Assembly: GCF_964213995.1 (NCBI RefSeq)
Contig: NC_135816.1
Location: 63,550,001 to 63,614,000 of the forward strand
Source: Mustelus asterias
Lineage: Eukaryota
DNA: 64,000 nt
Direction: 5' to 3'
Under the pieces are notes generated by a model. It searched no databases. It saw only the letters and a list, made by a program, of their open reading frames with translations, and was not told the DNA's origin. Shown here piece by piece: positions 25,306 through 36,965 of the stretch (position 1 is its first letter; each line of letters opens with the position of its first letter). The position numbers and the translations under genes are program-made.

Positions 25306-27917
25306 AATAATAGGCCTGCAGATCACGAAGGTACAAACAAATGAGAGCATTAATTGGAAAGATGTTTACTCCACAGTCTGCTAGGTTAGACTTCCCATTT
25401 GTCTGTGCAAACGGCTCGTGACGGGCACCCTTAAAGTGTCCTTGTTTCCACCAGGAACAGTGAGAACACACAACACTTTACATCGGAGGTTTCTGCAATG
25501 AAATACAGAACAACTTGACAATCAAAAGTTTCAATATGAACAATTAATAAATACAACAATCAATAGGTTGGATGTTTTGGAGGACGGTGATCTCTGGGTG
25601 GTTGTCCACGAGCCTCACGTGTCTGATTTTTGTGTTGACTGTGGTGTTTTTGGTTTAGTTTGGACGTCCTCTGTGGTTATCTTCACCAGAGTCAATGTAG
25701 TGTTCGGAGGCTGACTCGGTGTTGAAATGTTCTCAACTGAGGTACGACTTTCCCCAATTGTTTTCGGGATTGTCAGGTTCTCGGTATATCCAGATCTTCA
25801 CTTGGCAGTTTGTTGTGGACTGCTGGTTGATTCTCTGGCAGACTGGTTCTGGTTTGCCAAAGGTTGGTCTGGAAGTCTTCTCCATGTTACATCATCTTGA
25901 GTTTGCATGGTGTAGGAGACCGGTCCTGTCTGTGCTAAGATAATGGCAGGTATTCACATCTCAATGGTGGTATAGTTCCCTTCCAATACTTCTCGACCTT
26001 TATGAAAAACACAGCATTTAGCCCTGATCTCTGGCCTAGCCTTTAAGAATCTTGCTTGACTTTTATCCATAATCTTTAACTTGACATAGATGTCCTTCAT
26101 GCTTCCCAGCTCACCATTAAAGACAATGGCACGTTTCTTTAAAATCATCAGTAGACTTGCTTCAGAACCTGACATGAGATTCACCTCAGCTCAGTTGAAT
26201 TTGATTTTTTCCAGCCAGATTCTCCCAATTAATGCTGGATAGTTTTCTTTACCAATGTGCAGGGACAAGTCTGTGGTCTGCCCGTTCAACTGCAGGTTTA
26301 CAGTGATATGGCCTCTCAACTGAACCACTTCTCCATTATAGATTTTTAATATTATCATTGAGGGTTTCAAGGCAATATTTTGTCATTTTCCTTGGTAAAA
26401 CAGTTTCTGGTACCAACGAAACTGCTGCTCCAGTGTCCACCTTCATTTTCACCAGTGGTCTGTCCAGTAAATGAGTGACCCAGTATCGGTTTGTTGCACC
26501 AGCAATAGACAATATGTTCAATGATAGTTCATCTTCTGACTGTGACTCTGGTCATTTTTCACGTCCTTTTTGTACATTGCGGATACTTTTCCCTTTATAT
26601 GATGCATTCGGTTCTTGCTTTTTACTGCTCTTGCTTGGAGCTTGTTATTTCTTTCTCCAACAAGTATATTCGCTGTGCCCTCTTCTGCCACAATTTCTGC
26701 ACTTTATGTCTTCGCTCCAACAATCTGTTGCTGCATGCCCAATTTTTGCTCATTGGAGGCAATTCTGAACCTGTGTCTGTGTTGGGGTCTCAGCTGACAT
26801 TTTATGGACTCCAGTGCTTGAACTTGACTGTTGAGCTTCCTTGGCTGCTAATTCCATAGAGACTGGGACTTCTAAAGCCTTCTTTAGATATAGGGTACTT
26901 TCTTTTAACAACCACTTTTGGATAACTTTGCTTCTTAACCCACACATTAGTCTGTCTCTAATGGTGTCATTAAAGACATCCCCGGATTCACAAGATTCAG
27001 CTTCAAAGTAGCTACAAACTATGTGGCTGATTTACTTTCTTGTTGGTTGCCCTTATGGAACTTGAACTTCTTGGCATTGACCAAAGGTTTAGGTGATAAG
27101 TGACCCTGCAATATTCCCACTCTCTTCTCTGAATGTATTCCTGCCCATTGTATCCGGGAAAGTTGGGACTACAGGATTTGCTGCAATTTTATTTGCTTGG
27201 ACAAAACAATGGAATCTTTCAGCATATGAGTTTCACTGCTCAGTGTCCTCATCATACTGTCCCGTAGCAACAACAGTCCCACCATTTTTACTATGGAAAG
27301 GGCTTGCATGAGCACAATGTGCCATGGATTTTTTAGTGCTATCTTGTTTCTTCAAAGAAGGTACCTGAGCTCAGCCGTTTTCCTTCCAAGCTTTGCAACA
27401 CCCTGAGCTCTATTCGTATTGTTGCAGGGTATTTGCTACTCACAGCGCTCCCTTTACTGTTCCAGATTTTTCCGGGCAAAGCACATGGTGAGCTTTTTTT
27501 TGACATTATTTCTCCAAAATCTTTGTTTAGATTTCAGTTGCTTTGCTGGCTGCTACTTTTGTTCGGCACCCCTCCATTGTCAGCTTTGGTGCAGCCATGT
27601 TTACTAAACTTCTTCACTTTTTCTGGATATCTGCAGCGTGGACCGACGATTGTTTTCTCTTGTCCCACCAGATTTCTGCAATTCTTTTTCGGGTGTTTGC
27701 AGTGTGGTTCAACCACCTCATTGCCAGTTTTCTTTGTGGTATTTTTAAAGAATAGGCTTGCAGAAACGAATTTAATTGGAAAGGTGTTTATTCGACAGGT
27801 TGGTAGGTTAGACTGCCCAGTTGCTTGCGCAAACGGCCAATGACATCATCAGGACATCACATGATTGCCCCCTTAAAGTGCTCTTGTTCTAACTAGGAAC
27901 AACAGGAATACATAACA
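25300..27917 (-). mobile_element. Gypsy LTR retrotransposon, decayed, with RT/integrase deleted
   Basis: Related direct repeats at about 25300-25475 and 27736-27917. PBS-like aactggcaatgagg next to the 5' LTR. Gag knuckles CLQ*AKIGHAATDC and CRNCGRRGHSEYTC; protease MKVDTGAAVSLV. Confidence 0.85.
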
Positions 27918-28783
27918 GTTTTACTTGAGGGAAATATAACTGGCCCAAATCTGAGTGGAATTATATTCATACATGTACATTGCTTGGCGGTTTGTGATTT
28001 AAATGAATTGGATAATTTCTGACTAGCTGGGGTGCATTTGATGACAGGAGATTCACGGAGATCCTCTTCAGCTTCATTTCTGGAATATCTATCCCCTTTC
28101 CCCTTGGCCCTGCTCTCTGACCTCTTACTCCCCTCCCGCCAGACTCTATAAATGTTTAATTGGTTCCAGTTGGCCCACACTGTCAGCAGCAGGTTTTCAC
28201 TTTCTGTACTTCTATTGGCCTCACACTGAGTAGGGCACAGCCTGCTAATTGAGAGCTAAGCTGAAGAGGGAGGTGAAAGTATGAACAGTGAAAAGCACCC
28301 ACTTACCAGCTCCTGCTTCCAGGGCATGTCAGTGTCACATACATCCCATTCCAGTTAAGTCTACAGTGCCATTTAAAAGCACTCCCAACCAATCCACAGT
28401 GTCTGTTTCAGGAATAAGGAGATACAGTTCATCAGTGAAATGATCCCGCTGTGTTTGGGGAAAGGTTGGACTGGGCCAGTAATTGAATGCCAGTATCACA
28501 ATGCGTGATTAACCTACACCTGTTTGTGGTAGTGCAGGCAGCAAGCAAACATTGTATTGCCAGTTAATTTAAATGATACTTGCATGCAGCACAGCGCTAA
28601 GCACACTGCTGAGTAGCTACGTAGCTCAGCAGGAAGCTCGAGTTTGTGCATGGCCAGCACCACATAAGCCTAGCTTGCACTACTTAAAGCCAGCCTGCAC
28701 TTCTTAAAGGCAAAGGACACTTTGGCTGCTAAAGCTGCTGGGACAGATTAAAGGGGAGTTTATGATTTGAAAGAGGAGTGGGG

Positions 28784-29025
28784 ATGGTGCGACCAGTAAA
28801 GAAATGTGCTCCTAGGTTGTCCGATGCAGAATGGAGGGCTTGGTGAGGCAAGTCGACAGGAGGTGTCAGATCCTCTTCCCCCAGAGGACCAGGAGGTCCT
28901 CCAGGCAAACAATTCAAAGATAGTGGGAACCGCTGTGGTCGTGGTAAATGCCAGCAGTCTAGCTCCAAGGACCTGTTTGCATGCAGCCAAAAAGTTCAAT
29001 GAGCTGACACGAGTGATCAAAGTCA
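28784..29025 (+). pseudogene. Myb/SANT-like (NAIF1/MSANTD-type) DNA-binding domain, frameshifted
   Basis: Across frameshifts: MVRPVKKCAPRLSDAE/EGLVRQVDRRCQILFP..*WE/VNASSLAPRTCLHAAKKFNELTRVIKV. Confidence 0.75.
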
Positions 29026-29174
29026 GTGATTCATCTTCACACGCCATTTCCTTATAAATGCACCACGAGCTACAAACACTGCTCCATTCACCTACCAACC
29101 AGCTCTCTCAACCAAAACTCAGAACCAACATTCATTGCCTCACTTCAACCTCATATATTTAGTACTGTCACAAG

Positions 29175-30316
29175 CAGTGCCAGATTTGGGCTAAACAAGC
29201 TACAGCTTAGGGCCTCACAATCCGCAGGGGCCTCACAACATTTCAGAAGGTTTACAATGAAGAGAACATTTAAGAGTGGATACCAGAAAAAAAAAGGAAA
29301 ACACCAGCTTGAAGAACAACTCAAAAATTACCAAAAGTTGACAGTTACTTTACTCCAGAAACAGATAAGGATCCACAAACCCAAGGTGATCAGCAAAGTC
29401 CAAAACAACCACAGCCTAGTGCCTCTGCTAATGAGACAACAGAGTCTGGAATCTCAGCTGAGGAAAACACTGGAAGTGATGCAAATGTGAGCGTTGCAGA
29501 GCGGACATCCACAGTTGAAACAACAAAATTCACGAAACTCAATGATGTAGGTCAATGGGGTGTCTTAACCGAGGATGAACTCTCATACTGGATCCTTAAG
29601 GGTTCTTCAGAGTGTCAACACTGGAACAGCCCATTTGAAAACTCAAAGCGGTCATTCAAAAATCAAGATAGATATTGTTCAAAAGGTCTTTTTCAGTCCA
29701 GAAAAATTAATGGTGAAATATACGATCGGGAATAGCTAGTCTACTCTCCAACAACTGGCTGTGTTTACTGCTTTGTCTGCAAACTCTTTTCAACATCAAC
29801 TGCAGCACTAGCTTCTGGTGGTTTTTCTGACTGGCGAAATCCCTTTGCAAATTAAAGTCATGAAAACTCTGAAGAGCATAGAACAGCTTTGCTGACATAC
29901 TTGACAAGAAAGCGTGGTGCAACGGTTGCAAACAATTTCATTATTACTTATATTAATAAAAGTGATCCTGATTACTTATTTTGTCAGCATATTGTATGTG
30001 TATTAATATATCTTAAAATTATTTTAAAAATTACATTTAAGTATTGTTTCCAGGGTATACTATATTATAATCTATGAGAGAGATCAAGCCAGCCAAATGA
30101 TAAATATGTAATCAGTAAATGCATTCATTTGAAAATAATTTGTATTTTTCACTTTAAATACCTTGCTATGAAATAACTAAAAGGCATAATTATGTTTTCA
30201 ATTTTTTTGTGGCGACCCAAGGTCCTGTTTTGGTACGCACCTTTTGGTGTAACCTTTTAACAAGGGGCCTCCAAGCTTTATATAGCTTAGGGCCTCACCA
30301 AGTCTAAATCCGGCAC
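29175..30316 (+). mobile_element. Internally deleted hAT transposon (ZMYM1-like transposase N-terminus, TTF zinc finger)
   Basis: TIRs CAGTGCCAGATTTGGGC / GTCTAAATCCGGCAC, subterminal agcttagggcctcac repeats, and peptide RE*LVYSPTTGCVYCFVCKLF..GFSDWRN..HENSEEH. Confidence 0.85.
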
Positions 30317-30918
30317 AAGTCTCACACTCACATCTTTCACACCCTGCTAGCTATTCAACTGCGGAAGGCACATCACCAAAACACATTGCATCACACTCAA
30401 TGACGTACTTTCCTTCACAAGCTGAACAGGGAGCCCATCAATGGAGACAGCTGCACTAACCAGCAGGGGACATGGAGGACATGATGCTGGCAATCAAGGG
30501 TTCAGCTAGACTGAAGCTATGGCCACCGGTGACCAATGAGGTTAACATCATATGTGATGATGCTAAATTCCTAACTTATCCACCATCTGGCATCTCATCG
30601 CACCCACCCCCTCATCCTAAAATTTCTTCTGATTTACAAGCTGCAGATGATGTAAGTCTTCCTCTATCCCCCCCTTCTCCTCACCCCAAACTTCTCTTTG
30701 TGCATTTAAATTTTGAGATAGCCAAGAACTGTCATCTGGTCAGGAATTGGTGCAGGAGTCTGAATTCCAAGAGAAACAAGAGACTGATGAAGAAGAAACG
30801 TTATCACTTCATCTTGCAGCCGCAGTCACTTACTCAGAAACTGGCACTGCACAAACATTTAGACATTTGCTTAGAGGCAGGATCCGCACGTGGTGAGACA
30901 CTTGGGCACAAGTGACCT

Positions 30919-31227
30919 GGGGCGGCATGGTGGCACAGTGGTTAACATTGCTGCCTCACAGCACCAGCCACTTGAGTTCGATTCCCGACTTGGGTGACTG
31001 TCTGTGTGGAATTTGCATGTTCTCCCCGTGTCTGTGTGGGTTTCCCCCGGGTGCTCTGGTTTCTTCCCATAGTCCGAAAGACATGCTGGTTAGGTGCATT
31101 GGCCTGGCTAAATTCTCCTTCATGTACCCGAACAGGCGCCGGAGTGTGACGATTAGGAGGTTTTCACAGTAACTTCATTGCAGTGTTAATGTAAGCCTAC
31201 TTGTGATACCAATAAATAAACTTAAAC
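30919..31227 (+). mobile_element. HE1-like V-SINE, alternative tail B
   Basis: Same head and V-domain, but tail acccgaacaggcgccggagtgtg..cacagtaacttcattgcagtgttaatgtaagcctacttgtga..aataaataaac. Confidence 0.88.
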
Positions 31228-32352
31228 CAGTGCCGGGGACAGGTTGCATGCATGCCAGGTCCTGGAGGGTGAGATCACAAGCTCTGCTGCGGAGTACTCA
31301 GATAGGGTGCATGACATACAGAAAAAGGCTGTTGGATATCCACAAAGAAATGCTCGGCCTACCAGAAAGGTACTAATGATGCTTGACCTGTAATAAAGAT
31401 GATTGGCTCATGATGAGCCAGAAGGTGGGTAAAATGTCTTTTGGAAGTTGTATAATTGTATTGCCACTGTGATGTAACTCCAGAAGAGTTGGATTGCCCA
31501 GCCCTTCTCTCCCAACGTGTGTTGGTCAATAAAGAAACGTCTTTCACTAGGATACTGCAGTCATGAGTCTTTGTATTAGCTAAAGCCAAGCTCAATAATT
31601 AGCCTCTGGAAAAGCCCCTACACACTTTCTGCCTGGGTGTTCATTATCCTTGCCATTGCTGTCAAGCAGCATGGAAGAATCTGGCATCAACTTGGCACAC
31701 AATCATCCATGTGACAGTGGGGACCTGATATTTCCCCATATCCAGGCTGATATTTCTACACTTGAGCATGATTTACACTTGATGGCCAATGTCTCCATTT
31801 CCATCGCTGCACACACAGAAGCCACTGAACACTCGAGTGCTGCTTTGCAAGCGCAGACTGCTGTCTGCATGGCTGCGGATACCAATTTTCAAACCAGCCT
31901 TCAGAATTCACAGCAATGTAGCAATCCGTCCTCCAACAGATCACTAGCATTTGATTTCAAAACTGCCACCACGTCCATGCCACCCACCACCACCCCCCCC
32001 CCACCCTTACACCAAAACCAACCCCAGCTGATGGCTGTCAACCAGCTTCCCACAGACTGCTGGCGAGATGCTGCAGTCAGAAACTGGGCGCTCCAGGGCC
32101 TGGACTGCTCGAGCACATCCTCCAAGACCATCTGAAATCTCCCCCCCCCCCCCCGCGAATGTCAGCAGCCTTCCACCAACCATGCCACAACTACTCTGTA
32201 GGAGTATGAGGCTGGGCAAAGGCACCGGCTTGACAGACACTAAGGGAATGCACAGGGTTGAATAGTTGACCATTGGATTGAATTTTGAATGATTTGTCGG
32301 ATCCAACTGATGTTGAATGGATGTTTTGTCGTGGCTTTTCGTTCAGCATTGT

Positions 32353-32691
32353 CATAGAATCCCGGCCGTGCAGAAGGAGGCCATTCAGCCCATCGAGTCT
32401 GCACCGACCACAATCCCACCCAGGACCTATTACTGTAACCCCTCATATTTGCCCTGCTAATCCCCCTGACACTAGGGTTAATTTAGCATGGCCAATCAAC
32501 CTAACCTGCACATCTTTGGAGTGTGGGACGAAACCAGAGCACCCGGACGAAACCCACACAGATACGGGGAGAATGTACATACTCCACACAGACAGTGACC
32601 CAAGGCCGGAATTGCCTTGTTTCCCTGGCGCTGTGAAACAGCAATGCTAACCACTGTGCCACCGGGCCGCTCCTGTGCCACCGTGCCGCCC
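32353..32691 (-). mobile_element. HE1-like V-SINE
   Basis: Reverse head, V-domain and CR1-type tail. Confidence 0.9.
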
Positions 32692-33599
32692 GCACCCGTG
32701 TTTAAGAAGTCACTGTGGGGATGGTAAGGTGTGTGACTGTTGTACAATCAGTTTGGAGTTGTAGGCACAGGAACCATGGTTGAATGAGATGATCAGAGAT
32801 AGTCTGGTCAGAACTGAAATATGCTGGCTGCCTCCTCCCTCTTCCTCCTCATTCCTCTGAGTGACTGGCCATTTTCCTGGTGCTAAGAACTGTGCCCTCA
32901 TGATGACACAGGTCATGGAGGATACAACAAATTATCACTGAAGTATCATCACAAACAGTCCCAAGATCTGTTAAACATAGACTGCCAGAACATTCAAACG
33001 TTTATTAACTACATCTAACTATGTACAGGGATAGATAAGCATGAGGCTCCTTCTGGAACCATCTCTCTCTGGGCTTGAATCACATGTGATCTGACATCAC
33101 TGATGATGTATATTAGCTATCAGCATAATAGCTTTTAATCCTTTACTCTACATTTCTCCCCCAGTTCAACGGGCAAGCTTGTCTTCCTGGTGGATTTGGA
33201 GTAAATAGGAGCTGTTTGTTCTTCTATGTGGCGTTTTGTTCAACTACTGAAGAAGAAGTATTGATGATTGAGATCGGGTGGTAATCAAAGGGGAACGGGG
33301 CATTTCCACGTGAGGGAGGGAAGTGACAGCCAGACAAAATCTCATGGGGTACAGAGGAGTATATCGGGAAGATCTATGTCAAAAGATGGTAGGTGAGGCA
33401 TGACTGTGGGAAGATCAAGGTTTATATCGGGAAGGTCAAGAGAGTCGAGGGTAACAAAGGGAAGATCAAGGAGGAAGATTCGAGGATGATGGGTGACAGG
33501 TCAAAGGTAATGGGAAGCAGTTCCGCTGTGCAAGTGGAAGCTTGAGTGTTAATAAGAGCTGGTCAAGAGTGAAGGGGTGGGTGCAGGATGGAAACTTCC

Positions 33600-34230
33600 A
33601 GTTCCTGGGTCACTGTGCAAGTGCCCACGGACATGACTGTGTTAACAAAAACCGTCCTGTGCAGTGAACCTTCAGGATGGAGTTGACCACAGTGGGATGG
33701 GTGGAGATGAGGATTGCCCAATGCTAAGTGTAGGAATCCTCATTGGTCAAAAGTGCTCGGGGCAAGAGGAAGGGTCTCCTGCTGGTAACCTTGGTAAACA
33801 GGACTTGCTGTCGTTCTGACAGTCTGGAGGAGGATGCATCACTGAACCATGGGGCCGCTCCTTGTCTACGCTTGGACATCTGCCGCTTTTGTAGGGGTGG
33901 CAGCAGTTCCAAGGATCCAGCTGGAAGGTGGAGAGTGGGTGGCAGCCATTGCAGTTCCCAAAACCTTCTCTCAGATGGAAAGAATAATGCTCCTGACTTG
34001 TAGGGAATGAATGCTGATCAAGTGCCCTTTAAATATTCAACTCCGTGACTTAATGGAGGGGGGGATGTCAACTTCCTGTCTTCCCTTTCTGCATTGATTT
34101 ACTGCGTTCCTTGTGCAGAAGTGCCTAATTGGCTGGTGTGATTGCATGTGGCCAGTTGTCCCACCTACAAGTGGAGCTGTTTTGCACTTCCTGTCGCCGA
34201 CAACCTCCCCACTTCCAGAAGATTCCACCC
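33600..34230 (-). mobile_element. Second Harbinger-type element end with a Myb-like remnant
   Basis: Terminus gggtggaatcttc (reverse of 34218-34230) resembles the MITE TIRs; ORF 33724-33912 has AAPWFSDAS..ERQQVLF. Confidence 0.5.
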
Positions 34231-34824
34231 TGGTAAAGCAAAATATCAGAACTTAAACTCAGTGGTGTTGCTTTCCCATTCATGGTATAAGAAGATAATT
34301 GGTGGACAGATCATTGAAGCTACCAGTCCAACATAGTAAATAAAGAAAATTGGATCTTGGGTTAACGCAATGAACAACTGAATGCACACAGAATATTGGC
34401 TCATCTCCATCTGGAACACTGGATCATTTCTGGTCACTATCTTGCAAAAAAGGCTCAATGGCACTGGAAAAGGTGCAACAAAATGCTATCCATCTGATAG
34501 CTAGCAACAGCCATCTAAGCTATAAGTGGAAACTACAGAAGCTGGGTGGGTTTTGGCAGAGAAAGGCAGAGAATATTACTGTCATGGTTTTGGAATGGAG
34601 GGGAAGGGGTGCGAGCGGAAATGTGGGGAATGGAGCATTCATGGCTGAGTGATCTATCGCACAGAACAGAGGAGTCCTTGGTTTAGGTTATAGGAATACA
34701 GATCAGAGGCACTAGTATGCATAGTAGTATAGTTAGAACAGATACAATGGAGAACCTCGGAGGATAGAATCTGAGCAGAAGGGAGGAGATATAGTTAACT
34801 ATGAGTTGTGGGCTTATTCTAGCT

Positions 34825-35229
34825 AAAAGCAAAGTATTGTGGATGCTGGAATCTGAAACAAAAACAAAATGCGGGAAAATCTCAACAGGTCTGACAACAT
34901 CTGTGGAGAGAGAATAGAGCCAACGTTTCGAGTCTAGATGACCCTTCATCAGAGCTGGTAGATTTTGGTCAACAGGCTATCCACAGAAATGGCGATGGAG
35001 AAGTCAAGGAAAGGAAGGAAAGAGTTGGGGATGGGCAACATAAAGTTGTGGGAAGAGTGGGAATTTTAAATTTTCCAGCCGGGACGGGTGCAGGAAATGA
35101 CGTTGATACTTGTGTACCAAATAAAGAAGTGAGGATGAGATCTAGTAGAATTGGATTAAAGAATGTTTCGTATGTCCCAAGAAAAGGCAGGCATATCTTG
35201 GATCCATGTAGGTTCCCATAGCAACACCA
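34825..35229 (-). mobile_element. Penelope-like element remnant (RT fragment plus pLTR)
   Basis: Minus-strand GVAMGTYMDPRYACLFLG and FLPFLDFSIAISVDSLLTKIY RT motifs, followed by a pLTR related to 39494-39701. Confidence 0.8.
34918..34956 (-). ncRNA. Minimal type I hammerhead ribozyme motif
   Basis: AGCU-CUGAUGA-AGGGUC aucua GACUC-GAAA-CG-UU-GGCU: intact core, stem II, palindromic ACGU stem III, 4-bp stem I. Confidence 0.7.
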
Positions 35230-35626
35230 AAGGAGTCACAATATATAAAGATAAAAGTCCTCTGGCATAACCAGAAATTGCATCTTTAGCTCTATATTTG
35301 GACTGGAAGATGAGAGAGGTGCCGCTGTCCATCTGTGTACCACCTCATATGTTTCATACCCTTTTCCTCCGATTTCTCTACAAAACAGAAGTTGACTTGA
35401 ACATTGGAATACCAATGGTGCAAGTTTTAATGGGATTAACATTTTAAAAAGCACAAACACCGGTAAAGGAGGATTTTCCTTCATTAAACTCAAAGAATTC
35501 TTCTATTCTGTTAATAATAATAAATTTGATTGCAGAATCCAAAGTAATAATCCAAATTTCTGTGTCACTGTCATCCGGGCAGAATTTACCACAGTGAGTT
35601 CCTCTTTGCTCAATGCCAGGCTCGTA

Positions 35627-35900
35627 GGAGGTCTTGTGGCACAGTGGGTAGCATCCCTACCTCTGAAGCAGAAGCTCTGGGTTCAAGTCCAATGCCAGGA
35701 CTTGTTGGCCACGGAAGTAGCATTCATAATGCAATTCAACGGGCTGATAATCAGCTCGGGAATCCTTCCACACTATTCCCCAAAGGGGAAAAAGTGTGTG
35801 AAGACAGGCTTAAGAAAATGCCAGATACAATTCCAGCATGTAAAACAGGCTACAATACAGCCTATCATTGGAGATCGCAAACAAAGCTCGGAATGGTTTT
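35627..35900 (+). mobile_element. tRNA-derived SINE, other family
   Basis: A-box GTGGCACAGTGG and B-box GGTTCAAGTCC without the V-domain; 3' end uncertain. Confidence 0.55.
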
Positions 35901-36965
35901 TATCAGAAGCTTCTTACACCCAAATCCTTCCCAACTAGAACTATGGACATTATGGCCAGTGACCCAGCTAGTAAAACCTCTGGCTCAATCTCAGGTAGAT
36001 TGGAATTTAAATGCGAGATTCTTTTATAATTTGAAATGTAAGTGATTTCCGAATCATTACATTCCTGGAGGAAGATGGTAGTGATGGTGGAGTGGAATAA
36101 ACACAATGCAGGCAAAGTCCTCAACCGCCAGAAGCAATGCCCGGTAAAATTGCTCACATGGTTGTCTTTGAGATTATTATAAACTGCCTGAGTATAATAT
36201 GGCGTGCAGCTGGGGAACTGGGAGCAGGGAATTAAACAGTGACCACAATCTTGCCTTTCCTTTTCCCTGCAATCTTCTCTAGTCCTTCAAGATCTCGGGT
36301 TCACTCCGAAACAAAGTTAGCAGGTTTTTCTTGCTCTTTCTTAATCAGAAGTCAAACTTTATTTCCACTATTATTCTTCTGTAAGAATTCATACCCAGCA
36401 GCTGCACGAGAAGCCCTTACCAGTACAAAATACCTTTGAGGAAAGAATCGCGGACATTAGAACTGAATTATACCCACACCAATCCATTCCAGACACGGCT
36501 AAAAACGTCACTTCATTGTGGATAAAGAAAGGTGAGTGAGAAGCCAGCTCAGATATCATCATTTGCGCACAATCTAGGTTCAGTCAGAAACGAAGATCCA
36601 AGTGAAATAGATAATGGGTCGTAGGTGAATGGGTTTGTCGACTCATCACTCCAGAAGCTAATGATTACTTCCCAGGGAAGGAAGGAGATTGACCCCATCG
36701 CGGCACTCATGAGAATGAGGTCATGTAAGCTCTTAATGTCATTAATCACTGGCGCTGATGGGCTTTGCAAAGCTGCTAACTTGTCACCTATTTAGGGAAT
36801 TACTCTTAAGAGTAATCTTTAACCTGAAACACTGCTCAGTCTTAATGCTGATTTACAGTGAAAACACTGAATGTTCGGAGTATTTGTTACGACACAATTC
36901 ATTAAATATTTCTTTCCATGAATTGCCTGTTACTCAACTGCAAAGTAGCTCTAATTATAGTTAGG

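Larger units (their letters stand above)
28455..32945. mobile_element. Decayed autonomous-type Harbinger transposon (Myb/SANT gene on +, transposase remnant on -)
   Basis: Myb-like exon at 28784-29025 and transposase C-terminal motif VIICCILHDL plus acidic tail at about 32790-32940, convergent. Outer boundaries uncertain. Confidence 0.65.

Noticed and set aside
32654-32684. Short duplications in SINE heads (also about 18587-18618)
   Set aside because: The head is intrinsically repetitive, so slippage explains them.
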